The translations under genes and the position numbers were made by a program. DNA of 64,000 nt from Chloroflexota bacterium (GTDB lineage Bacteria; Chloroflexota; Dehalococcoidia; JACPQD01): the NCBI GenBank assembly GCA_016190665.1, contig JACPQD010000036.1:2976-66975 (forward strand). Reading direction: 5' to 3'. Each line of letters begins with the position of its first letter. The first letter of the stretch is position 1. Below the pieces are notes generated by a model. The model had not been told where the DNA came from. It saw only the letters and a program-made list of their open reading frames with translations, and did no database searches. Positions 28,901 to 37,332 of this stretch are shown here, piece by piece.

Positions 28901-30340
28901 GGAGCTGCAGTTTTCCCATACTCCTCTGACGGCCGCGTCCTCGCAGAGGCGCAACTGAGCAGCAAAGCGCTTGAATATTTAGTTCACATGCGCCCCTGTC
29001 TGATTGACCGCCAAGGCATGTTGTTCCAGACAGGGCTTGCTGCAGGCGATCCTTGGTATCGCTACGAATATTACGATCATTCGAGAGGGGCGTGCCGAAG
29101 CCGCGTTGTCTGGGCGTTCATTGGCACGCACGTCTCAGCAAGTCACGCTCCGTCGGACATTCAGACGAATCGAACCGTTAACAACTTCATTCCCAGAGAA
29201 GGGCCTGCCGAGCAGGTGTGGCCGCTGGCCCTCCTGAATTCGTCGGCGTCGCTCTTCTGGCTCAGGCAGGTATGCTTCTGTAGGCGCGAGAGCAGCAATC
29301 CAGAAGCCGACAATTATTATGAATTCAGCGGTGGCAAGGTTGAACAATTGCCAGTCCCCAAGGTCTTGACGGCAAACTCGGCGGTGAAGGCTCGCGCCGG
29401 CGGTCTTGGAGGGCGCTGCTCACAACTTGGGTCCCTCGTACCGGGTCTGCATCCGCGCAAGCTGTTTGAGACGCCGGGAGAAGCATACACCGACTGGTAT
29501 CGAGGCATTCGCGGGTACCAGGAGCCCCACAGTGGCCTGTACCTGGCATGGGAGACCGCCAATGACCTGAGAACGGCGTGGCAACTGGCCGTAGAGGAGA
29601 TGCGGCGGTTGCGCTGCCAGATGGTTGCGCTGCAAGAGGAGATGGACTGGCTCATGTACGGAGCGTACGGGCTTCTGCCTCTGGACCATCCTGCTGTCAA
29701 CCTCACCGGCTCCGAAGAGCCGCTGCCTTTTGACCGCTCGCTTCGGCCCTACCGTCTGGCCCAGAACGGCCAGTCGATACCCGAGACTTGGCCGGAAAAC
29801 CAGAAGGCCCTCTGGGAGGCCCGGTTACAGGCAATCTCGGAGAACGAACACGTGGCCCAGGTAGAGCAACCGGCTTACAAGCGGCGTTGGGAGGAACCCT
29901 TCGGCGACAAGGACTTCCTCGCCGCCTATGAATGGTGGCTGCGCGACAAGGCGGAATGGCTGCTGGAACACCGCTACGATGGCGGGCCAGTGAATCTGGA
30001 AATGTGGGCCAAGGAGCTCTCCAGCGACGCGCGCGTCGCGGCAGCCTACAGGGTAGCTATGGAGATAGGGGGCTCCCTGCCTGACGCCATCTACAAACGT
30101 GAACTGCGCTGCGACTTCGCGACGCATTTGAGGAGAGTCATTGAGGCAGAGACGGTGCCAGACCATCGCGGCACTTTCAAGAGCAAGCACGAGAAGCTTC
30201 GGGGAATCCACCCGGATAAGCACCTGCCCAACGGCGTGCCCAGAGAACGCTTCCGCTCTGTCACGGATAAGCCAGGCTGGTATGTCTGGGCGGGCAAAGA
30301 CCTGTGGGGCGGTGTGGAAGGAGATGTGTGGGATGCCTGA
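25973..30340 (+). CDS. Large gamma-class N6-adenine DNA methyltransferase (type IIG/Eco57I-like with PglX-like C-terminus)
   Basis: FLNGGLF, GSYYTP, motif I DPAVGSGAF, YGVDI, motif IV GNPPF, TRD-like segment, C-terminal VEQPAYKRRW. Confidence 0.88.
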   Translation: MCRRSKEEKRITSILQHLRSLDSYDSLLALFDALGFTYSGEPRSTADWPSAIRDAVSEFRLAGRHGTFGILYLEIPEQRMLGWERQIVSRALNTEPHSLFVFTNSQHRLWHFVHVRYDERTEQRRQLRRFVVDLREPGAAKRLRTTAERLSRLAIAPGERLSALELQKRCDDAFRVSEVTKDFLRSFVHIVDDLTKSLRKNNPSLLATDADALRQAQLLTDRLVFLYFVQKKGWLNDERDYLYKRFCACYQSKATEDTYYRERLLPLFRSLSHQSALRPRSENGTEEALPFLNGGLFDLPLSYGTANPTTDERVRVPNESLYPVFEDFLERYNFTTTEDTPLDVEVAINPEVIGTIFETFVLTSEKEPETNASDRRKATGSYYTPRCVVHFICRAAFRRYLAERTSADEEVLRQLIEYVPAEQMTGQQEVHLRELLSPAQAEEIRSAVLQMRACDPAVGSGAFPVGLLQEMVKLVTLLDLRIHGRSAIEGRNYAYDLKKRIIEECLYGVDIQEQAIQICELRLWLSLVVDYQTEESLPLHERIAQIEPLPNLTFRVRVGDSLLDQVFGRDWDVQTSRHHDLIGQITEAKRLYYASRSPEGKRDLEMQILSLQLQLLERLLEEERLVTGHDLPLLQDSISSKLRKKLEAVKERLEEIDQLLQRCRDARKLAAQPVQDTWEHARRFDAIRKNIGVSFVWALDFAEVFDPARRNGETRPPGFDVILGNPPFVTARKPDERERYRLRWPTSCYKKYHMLAPFIELALLKLLRPQGQLGYIVSNAFATRDFGKPLVEEVLTRVELLNVVDCSGLMFPGHGTPTCILLGRAIPGHSSKATAGRHFLPGAPRTATKLCGTKPGMGQLREEAEETELWAETEAGWETPTFSGQRVEVTEWPVSVTRSHPWCLNASGTDLKEWIEKGSSVTLVEFSGFSISYSTVSGMDPIFVLTEDCCRRMHLSDVSMLFVRGEDVRDWSIIPSGAAVFPYSSDGRVLAEAQLSSKALEYLVHMRPCLIDRQGMLFQTGLAAGDPWYRYEYYDHSRGACRSRVVWAFIGTHVSASHAPSDIQTNRTVNNFIPREGPAEQVWPLALLNSSASLFWLRQVCFCRRESSNPEADNYYEFSGGKVEQLPVPKVLTANSAVKARAGGLGGRCSQLGSLVPGLHPRKLFETPGEAYTDWYRGIRGYQEPHSGLYLAWETANDLRTAWQLAVEEMRRLRCQMVALQEEMDWLMYGAYGLLPLDHPAVNLTGSEEPLPFDRSLRPYRLAQNGQSIPETWPENQKALWEARLQAISENEHVAQVEQPAYKRRWEEPFGDKDFLAAYEWWLRDKAEWLLEHRYDGGPVNLEMWAKELSSDARVAAAYRVAMEIGGSLPDAIYKRELRCDFATHLRRVIEAETVPDHRGTFKSKHEKLRGIHPDKHLPNGVPRERFRSVTDKPGWYVWAGKDLWGGVEGDVWDA

Positions 30341-33300
30341 TCAGCTGGTAGATAACCAGACGCTGAGGCTATCGGATGCGATAAACGCTCTCATTCCCCA
30401 CGCTTCCATCGGTCGCTTTGCCGTGGGTTACTTCTTCCTCTCCGGCTTCAACGCGATTGCTGACGGGCTTGCCGGCTTAGATAAGCTGCACCTGCTCATT
30501 GGAACTACCACGAATCGAGAGACTGTTGAGCAGTTGGCGTTGGGTTGTCGGCGGAGGGAACTGGTGGAGGAGAAGATGCGCGAGCAGCGCTTCGCATCGG
30601 TGGAGCGCGCTTTCGGCGAAACGACTGCGTCCATTCGCCTGCACATCAGCGAGCTCCAGCCAGGCGAGCGCGAGGAACGGACCATAGCCACTCTGGCCGA
30701 TTTGATCGCCTCGGGCAAGATAGAAGTGCGGGTCTACACCAGGGGCGTGTTACACGCCAAAGCTTATATTCTTGACTATCGTGTGCCCCAGCCGAACTCC
30801 CGCGGAATCGGAATCGTTGGCTCCAGCAACCTGACGGAGGCCGGACTGAGCAGCAATACGGAGCTGAATGTCCAGGTAGACGACAACGCCAACATCATCA
30901 CAGGCGAGGGCTTGCACCGCGACCTATGCCAGTGGTTCGACCGTCTGTGGGCGGAAGCTAAGCCCTTTTCTCAGGAGCTCATGCGTGAGCTGCGCGAAAG
31001 CTGGGCTATGGCGCTGGCGTCGCCCTATGACGTCTATTTGAAGATGCTCTTTGAGCTGGTGCGCAGCCGCCTCGAAGGGGACGCTTCAAGGCTTGTGCTG
31101 CCAGGGGAGATCCCTCTGGCGGCGTACCAGAAGGTGGCTGTCCAGCAGGCCATTCGCATGGTGGACCAGTTCGGCGGCGCCTTTGTCGCTGACGTTGTGG
31201 GCGTAGGCAAGAGCTTCGTGGGCGCAGCAACGGCGAGATACTACTATGAGGCCGAGCGGCGTCGCCCGGCGATTATCTGCCCGCACGCGCTTGTCGATGA
31301 CTGGAAGAAATACAACAGCCGATGGCATCTCAATGCGGAGGTGCTGCCGACCAGTCTTCTCCGGGAAAGCTCCTCCGGCGGCGAAACGGGCTCGTGTGTT
31401 CTGGATGAGGACCGCCTTCAGGACTGCCGTTTCGTGCTCGTGGATGAGAGCCACAACTTCCGCCACGCAGACAGCCAGCGCTACAGGGTGTTGACTGACT
31501 TTCTCGGAGAGGCTCGTGATCGTAAAGTCCTGCTCCTGACGGCGACCCCCTATAACAAGTCGCCCTGGGATGTCTACAATCAGATAAAGCTCTTTCACCA
31601 AGAAGAAACCACCACCGTTCCCATCGAGCCTCGTAATCTGCGCCAGTACTTCCGGCGCGTGGATGACGGCGAAAGACGGCTTTCTGACCTGCTGGTCCAT
31701 ATGCTTGTCCGACGGACGCGCTGGCAGCTACTCCGCTGGTACGGCTACGACGAGGAGACAGACAAACCGGTTGACCCATACAACTTCGAGCCCTACATCG
31801 CTTTGGGGCGGCGGGCGTACTTGCGATTCATTGACCAATACGGAACCGTGGAAAAGAAGTTCTTCCCCCTTCGCGAGTTGGAGACGATAGACTACTGCAT
31901 CGACGAAGTGTATGGAGAACTGTACGGAGAGTCCCTCTATGACCACATCGTCCGGTTACTGCGCAGGCGGAAAGGGAGCGTTGGACTGGAGGGCGGCGCC
32001 GGAGAAGAAGAGGAATCCGTTGAGCGGGCAGACCCGGCGGCATTGACATACGCGCGGTACGGCCTCTGGAACTACGTAAAGCCAGAGTGGCGCTCCGACC
32101 CGCGCTACAAGAAACTGGTGCGCGCGGGCAAGAACTTGAGAGGCCTTATCCGCACCAGCCTTTTCAAGCGCCTTGAGAGCTCGCTGGGCGCCTTTCGCGT
32201 GAGCATAAAACGGCAGGCGACAGTTCACAGGAACTTCCTGGCGGCGCTGGACAACGGCAGGATCGCTGCCGGGGAGAAGGCATCGGAACTCCTGGAAATC
32301 GATCGAAGCGACGCTGATGAGGCGCTTCAAGGCTTCTTGCAGTCCTTGGAAGAGGCAGACGTGGAGCGCGGCTTTGGATACGACATCGCGGCCTTCAATG
32401 TTAACCAACTGAGGGCTGACGTAGAGCACGATCAGAGGACCTTCGGGATCATAGAGGGCCTGGTGAGCAAGGAGAAGCTCCCGCCCTCCCGCGACGCCAA
32501 GCTGCAACGATTCTTGGAATGGCTGCCGAGGCTGAGGGGTGCAGGCAAGCTCCTGGTCTTTACCGAATATGAGGACACTGCCAAGTACATTACCGAAAAC
32601 TTGCCCTCGGAGATGAAGAGGCGCAGCGCGCTGGTAACCGGTGATACTGATAACCCGAGCGGGTATGCACGGCGCTTTGCCCCGGTGGCCAATGAGTGCA
32701 GGGACAGCGTGAAGCCGGCAGACGAGTTGGATTTCCTGATCTGCACCGACATCTTCTCCGAAGGATTGAATCTGCAGGACTGCAATCAGGTAGTCAACTA
32801 TGATCTCCACTGGAATCCGGTGAGGTTGATTCAGCGTTTTGGGCGGGTTGACCGGATCGGATCGCAGCACGACAAGGTATTCGCCTTCAACTTCCTGCCG
32901 GAGAAAGCCGCCGAGCGCGAACTGGAGCTGAAGCAAAAACTGGAAGCACGCATTCGTGAGTTCAACGAGATTCTGGGGCTCGACTCGCAGGTAATGGACG
33001 AAAAAGAGAAAGTCAACCGCGAGGCGGTCTACGCCATTTACGAAGAGCGGAGCGGGAAACATCTTGGGCGCTTTGAGGCTTCAGAGGCCGACGTGCTTGG
33101 CGTGTCGCTGGCGGAAGCCGAAGAGTTCTTCCGGGAGCTTCGCGATAGAGACCCCGATGAATACGAGCGCATCTGCAGCTTGCGGGACGGGCTGCGGACG
33201 GCTCGCGCCACCGGCGACGGGAAGGTGCTTGTCTTGTGCCGCGCGGGCGATTTCTTGCGCCTCTACGTTCGCGATCTCTCGGGCAAAGCCGTGGACATAG

Positions 33301-33752
33301 ACACCATGGACGCGCTCAATCTCCTCAAGTGTGATCCTGAGGAGCGGCCTGTTGAACTGCCCAAAGGACTCAACTCCGTGCTTACGACCGTCAAGCTGAA
33401 TCTCGTGAACGAGGTCGACGAACTGTGGAAGCAGCGGAAGACCAAGACTCCCTTGAGCCCCGGCCAACGCTACGTCATCGGCGAGTTGGATCGGTTGCGG
33501 CAGACACGACTGGACATCGACGCGGAGGGAGGCCTGGCCAGACTCGTGGAAGCCGCCACCCAAACCAGGCAGCGCCGCTTCCAGCGGGCGTGCGATCGCT
33601 TGCGTCGGGACAAGGTTAGCGGAGAAGCGCTCCTCAGGCGCATGCGCCAGCTCTACTACGATTGCGCCCTGCATGTCGAGGCCGCCGCAACACGCGAGGA
33701 AGAGACCGAAAACAGAATACCGAGAATAGTTGCTGTCGCAGTTCTGACGTAG
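30333..33752 (+). CDS. PLD-nuclease / SNF2-family helicase fusion
   Basis: HAKAYILD (HKD) and GSSNLT; ADVVGVGKS, DESH, LLTATP, SEGLNLQ, QRFGRVDRIGS. Overlaps the MTase stop by 8 nt. Confidence 0.92.
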   Translation: MPDQLVDNQTLRLSDAINALIPHASIGRFAVGYFFLSGFNAIADGLAGLDKLHLLIGTTTNRETVEQLALGCRRRELVEEKMREQRFASVERAFGETTASIRLHISELQPGEREERTIATLADLIASGKIEVRVYTRGVLHAKAYILDYRVPQPNSRGIGIVGSSNLTEAGLSSNTELNVQVDDNANIITGEGLHRDLCQWFDRLWAEAKPFSQELMRELRESWAMALASPYDVYLKMLFELVRSRLEGDASRLVLPGEIPLAAYQKVAVQQAIRMVDQFGGAFVADVVGVGKSFVGAATARYYYEAERRRPAIICPHALVDDWKKYNSRWHLNAEVLPTSLLRESSSGGETGSCVLDEDRLQDCRFVLVDESHNFRHADSQRYRVLTDFLGEARDRKVLLLTATPYNKSPWDVYNQIKLFHQEETTTVPIEPRNLRQYFRRVDDGERRLSDLLVHMLVRRTRWQLLRWYGYDEETDKPVDPYNFEPYIALGRRAYLRFIDQYGTVEKKFFPLRELETIDYCIDEVYGELYGESLYDHIVRLLRRRKGSVGLEGGAGEEEESVERADPAALTYARYGLWNYVKPEWRSDPRYKKLVRAGKNLRGLIRTSLFKRLESSLGAFRVSIKRQATVHRNFLAALDNGRIAAGEKASELLEIDRSDADEALQGFLQSLEEADVERGFGYDIAAFNVNQLRADVEHDQRTFGIIEGLVSKEKLPPSRDAKLQRFLEWLPRLRGAGKLLVFTEYEDTAKYITENLPSEMKRRSALVTGDTDNPSGYARRFAPVANECRDSVKPADELDFLICTDIFSEGLNLQDCNQVVNYDLHWNPVRLIQRFGRVDRIGSQHDKVFAFNFLPEKAAERELELKQKLEARIREFNEILGLDSQVMDEKEKVNREAVYAIYEERSGKHLGRFEASEADVLGVSLAEAEEFFRELRDRDPDEYERICSLRDGLRTARATGDGKVLVLCRAGDFLRLYVRDLSGKAVDIDTMDALNLLKCDPEERPVELPKGLNSVLTTVKLNLVNEVDELWKQRKTKTPLSPGQRYVIGELDRLRQTRLDIDAEGGLARLVEAATQTRQRRFQRACDRLRRDKVSGEALLRRMRQLYYDCALHVEAAATREEETENRIPRIVAVAVLT

Positions 33753-33834
33753 TGGCCAATGGCCGCCGCTCCTAAATGGATTGCGGACTTAGCATCTTAT
33801 GGGGTTCCGCTCGCTACACTACCAGGTCTTAGTG

Positions 33835-34320
33835 TTACACACAGAGCCTGAGCAGTCCAGCGGAGAAGAGCTGACCAAGAATCGCTAGAAGGAATCCCAG
33901 AGGCAGGAACCCGCAACCTGCAACCCAACAGAACGGCAAGCGCCACCATTGGTCGTCACCTGAGCCAACAGCCTGCCGACAGATGCCCCAGTGTTTCCAG
34001 ACCGCAAGCATCAGCCACAACTGCTGACATGCATAAACGGGAGTAGTCCACCAAAGTAGTAGGACAATCGTCAAGACGAAAGGTGCGCAACCGCTGGCAG
34101 GAACTAATCGTGGAATAGCCAAGAGCGCGCTGGCGAAGAAGAAGCTTGGGGCAAGGATGATGATGGCGACCGACCAAGTGAATCTCCACCAGCCAAATCT
34201 CTTGAGTTGGCTGAAAGCATGGAACTGGGCTTGCGACGTCGTCAGTATCAAGCCAAACATGACCGCGAACACAGTCACAAAGACGATTACGTAGACTTCG
34301 ACGATCTGCTGCTGAGTCAT
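33835..34320 (-). CDS. Hypothetical multi-pass membrane protein
   Basis: About 4 hydrophobic segments; RBS-like GGTAGGAG upstream. Confidence 0.55.
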   Translation of the reverse strand: MTQQQIVEVYVIVFVTVFAVMFGLILTTSQAQFHAFSQLKRFGWWRFTWSVAIIILAPSFFFASALLAIPRLVPASGCAPFVLTIVLLLWWTTPVYACQQLWLMLAVWKHWGICRQAVGSGDDQWWRLPFCWVAGCGFLPLGFLLAILGQLFSAGLLRLCV

Positions 34321-34478
34321 CTCCTACCTGCTCGTGCCCAGGATCAAACCCTGGTCAATTATAAGGACAGCCGCGACCCCAAATCAACACTGCGTCTTTC
34401 TGAAGGTTGCGCCAGGCTTGACTTCCTCGCCCACAAGAGCGTCAGTGTACGCCTACGCTCAGAAACTTGGATTCAAGC

Positions 34479-34750
34479 ATGACAAATATCATAGCCTCCA
34501 GGACGGGGCCAACAGTTGGGAGCAGGTCCCTCTACGCCTTCCTTGCCGAGAAGGAGAGGCGCACCGGGTCCCGCCGCACCGTCGATGCCTACGCCCATGG
34601 CGTCGGCCTCTCGGGCAGGCATCCCTCCGCGGTTACCATCGGCGCCCGCCTGGCCTGCGTCAGCTCCTTCTACCGCTTCCTGGCCCGCATGGAGATGGTT
34701 ACGTCGAACCCGTGCGACCAGCTTCAGCGGCCCAAAGCGCCACCTGGTGT
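34479..34750 (+). pseudogene. Tyrosine recombinase N-terminal (SAM-like) remnant
   Basis: LYAFLAEKERRTGSRRTVDAY...TIGARLACVSSFYRFL...NPCDQLQRPK. The catalytic domain is absent and an internal deletion is apparent. Confidence 0.7.
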
Positions 34751-35110
34751 ACTGTTGAAGCAACGTCCTGACACTGCTCAAGAACGTATTTTCGTTGTAA
34801 ATCCGTCATTGGAACAATGCACTAGTTCACGCGAAGCCGCGAAGACGCAAACAGTTTCTTCGCGGATTTCGCGCCTTCGCGTGACTCGTTCATAGGTTGC
34901 TTCATGGCTGGGGTTGACGGTGAGGAGGCGCGGCAGCCATCGGCACGACAGGCCCTGGACCAGACGAAGGCCAAACTGTGTCAGTTGGCGGAGAGCATGA
35001 AGTTCTTCGGTGGGCCGCTGGAGCTTTCCGAACCCGAGAAAGGCGCGCTGGAAGTGACGCGGCGACTGCTCCACACAATCCGTGTGGCAGATGCAAGCAG
35101 CAGGCTTGAC

Positions 35111-35215
35111 CTATTCCTTTTCCTGCTTCCTCTTCTTCGCTTCCTTCTTGGCGTCTTTTGCGATATTTGTCTGTTTCACGCCCTTTTCTTTGTCCCTTTT
35201 GCCCTTGTCTCCCAT
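35111..35215 (-). CDS. Small Lys-rich basic protein (34 aa)
   Basis: MGDKGKRDKEKGVKQTNIAKDAKKEAKKRKQEKE*, with GAAGGAG upstream. Below the ORF-track size cut-off. Confidence 0.55.
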   Translation of the reverse strand: MGDKGKRDKEKGVKQTNIAKDAKKEAKKRKQEKE

Positions 35216-35629
35216 GCCGGATCTGAACTCCTTCCCGAAATGAATTGGCCACCGACAATCTGTTTCTGGTGCGCTAAGAAGATGCTATCGCTCAGCCCAC
35301 AACGATGCCGTCCACCCATTCTAGGGTACGTTGCTGCCAGACCCCTGATATTTGGTACTTATGGCTCACCTTGACCCTGGTTGACACAGGAAACCCCCAC
35401 CCGGTCTTTGCTGAGCATTATAGCCCAACTGCTAAGCATTTTCCAGTTAGGGCGGTTGCCTTCGTGCTCACTGCTCTTGACCCAGGTATGTGTAATAAAA
35501 TATGCTTTGTGTACAAGAGCAGGCAAGAAGATCAGAGAAGAACGCTCGTGATCGCCGTTGAAGCGTCGTAATTCTTCTTGTCAAGACCTGCGTGGTCGAC
35601 CGCGCAGGTCTAAGCTCGGTTCACGAAGA

Positions 35630-36034
35630 CTATATGGGGCGCGCTCCGAGGATGATCTTCTGCTTGGGCCGCACCACGGGCTCCTTCAACTCCATGGGGT
35701 ACCCGATGGCGACCAGGGCGTTGAAGCCACCCTCCAGCGGCCGAGCATCCTTGATGCCCTTATGCATCAGCAGCAGCGCCACACGGGTGCTGCTCTCCTC
35801 ATGGGGTCAGGTTCAGACGGTTATTATGAGCTTATCCCTGGGCAGCTTCTCTATCTCGCCGTCGGGTTCACCGGGAGAGATGCGCACTGATCCCTTAGGC
35901 TTTATGGTGCCTCGGTCATACACGTGAGCATCCCGAGCATCGACAAGGACATAATCCTCATCGCCTCGCTGAAGTTTCCTCAGCAGGTCCAACTCTGATA
36001 TGAGTCTGAGCGTAGCGTGGCGGTGCTGGTCCAC
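35630..36034 (-). CDS. Rhodanese-like selenoprotein with two in-frame UGA codons (V-U-T-U-P-H-E)
   Basis: N-half has LVDAR...LPRDKLIITV. The frame continues TGA-ACC-TGA-CCC-CAT-GAG into SSTRVALLLMHKGIKDARPLEGGFNALVAIGYP, which completes the rhodanese fold, ending at TAG 35630. RBS AAGGAG precedes the GTG. Confidence 0.82.
35772..35794 (-). promoter_or_regulatory. Putative bacterial SECIS hairpin
   Basis: AGCAGC-ACC-CGUGU-GGC-GCUGCU, starting 12 nt after the second UGA. Confidence 0.65.
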
Positions 36035-36195
36035 TAGCCCCTCCTTTCATCCTGAACTTGATTCAGGACGTGTCCTGAACTTGATTCAGGATTCATACTC
36101 CACCAACCCAACAGCAAGAATAGACCTGCCGCGATATAGAAGTCATAAGATAATGGTCAAGAAACATAGAATATTTGTAACGTTTCGTGCCAACG

Positions 36196-36224
36196 TTGAC
36201 AGCCCAGTTGCTCTAAGGTACAAT
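36196..36224 (+). promoter_or_regulatory. Sigma70-type promoter
   Basis: TTGACA-17 nt-TACAAT. Confidence 0.65.
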
Positions 36225-36252
36225 GGCGTTACTTCCGAGGAGGCATAGCAAC

Positions 36253-36441
36253 ATGCGTAAGAGCCTGATGGACATTCTGGCTTGCCCGGTGTGCAAGGGC
36301 CCTCTGGTGCTCAACGTCGAGGAGGAGAATGAGACAGAGGTGATCACGGGCACGCTCTTCTGCGCCAAGTGCAACGAGCACTACCCCATCAAGGAGTCCA
36401 TCCCTAACTTGTTGCCTCCCAGCATGAGGAGCAAAGAATAG
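36253..36441 (+). CDS. Trm112-like zinc-finger protein
   Basis: LMDILACPVCKGPL...LFCAKC...YPIKESIPNLLP. ATG after AGGAGG. Confidence 0.88.
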   Translation: MRKSLMDILACPVCKGPLVLNVEEENETEVITGTLFCAKCNEHYPIKESIPNLLPPSMRSKE

Positions 36442-36482
36442 GCGTTTCGCCACAGTTTAGCATCAGGAGGTGGTACCGGATT

Positions 36483-36725
36483 ATGGACAGATCACGCCTG
36501 GGCGGTATTATCGTATGTGTTATCACCGTGGTCGCAGCAATATTGTTCATCTGGGGTATCATTGTCGACAACCGATGGGCCGTCGCCATCCCTGTGGCTA
36601 TTGGATTCCTGGGAGTCCTTTCGCTGGGCTTCTGGATCGGCTGGACCATGATCATCACTGAGGTGGACGACGGGGCCGCGAAGCCGCAGGCGTCTCCCAG
36701 CACTGAGCCGACGGAGAAGGGGTAG
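36483..36725 (+). CDS. Small two-TM membrane protein
   Basis: RBS AGGAGG; two hydrophobic helices. Confidence 0.7.
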   Translation: MDRSRLGGIIVCVITVVAAILFIWGIIVDNRWAVAIPVAIGFLGVLSLGFWIGWTMIITEVDDGAAKPQASPSTEPTEKG

Positions 36726-36786
36726 GGCGCTAGCAACTGTCCCTGGCCCCCGGCCCCCAGCCCCTGGAGAAGGGGCGTAGCTTCGG

Positions 36787-37173
36787 CTACTCCACATCAT
36801 CACCATCAGGCGCGTAGGTCACCCAGGCATCGGGGGACTCCCAGACCTGAACGCTTCTCAGCTTGACCGGCGCGCCACGTAGCCTGGCTTCCATCTCGCC
36901 CCATATCTTTGCCGCGATGTTCTCCGAGGACGGATTCACCTTGTCGAAGGGCGGAGTATCGTTCAACGAGACGTGGTCCAGGCGGTCCAGCGTCTCTTTC
37001 AGGCACCCCTTCAGCCTGGTGAAGTCGTAGACCAACCCGATATCGTCCAAGGCGCTGGCCGCTACCGTCACCACTACCTCAAAACGATGCCCGTGGATAC
37101 TCTCACACCTGCCTTCGTAGCCCCGGAGGTAATGGGCGGCGTCGAAGTGGTCTCTCACTGATACCTGGTACAA
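36787..37173 (-). CDS. queD: 6-carboxy-5,6,7,8-tetrahydropterin synthase
   Basis: FDAAHYL, CESIHGH, LDH..LN, NPSSENIA, VWES. TTG after AGGAGG; the ORF-track 5' extension is spurious. Confidence 0.9.
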   Translation of the reverse strand: MYQVSVRDHFDAAHYLRGYEGRCESIHGHRFEVVVTVAASALDDIGLVYDFTRLKGCLKETLDRLDHVSLNDTPPFDKVNPSSENIAAKIWGEMEARLRGAPVKLRSVQVWESPDAWVTYAPDGDDVE

Positions 37174-37332
37174 GCAGCACCTCCTGACTACAATGCTGAT
37201 TGCTGACTGCCTACCGGCCCCCAGCCCCTGACCCCGCTTCGCGCTCCCCGCTTCGCGCTTCTTCTCATTATTATAACGCAGCTTGAACTTTCCAGACTCC
37301 TCTGCTAATATCAATGGGTTAAGGACGAACCC

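Noticed and set aside
25973-33752. Complete BREX or DISARM system
   Set aside because: Core genes (pglZ, brxC/pglY, drmA/drmB) are absent from the locus.
34904-35374. 156-aa membrane protein on the + strand
   Set aside because: The hydrophobic tail is the reverse complement of the Lys-rich small ORF, and no family was recognised.
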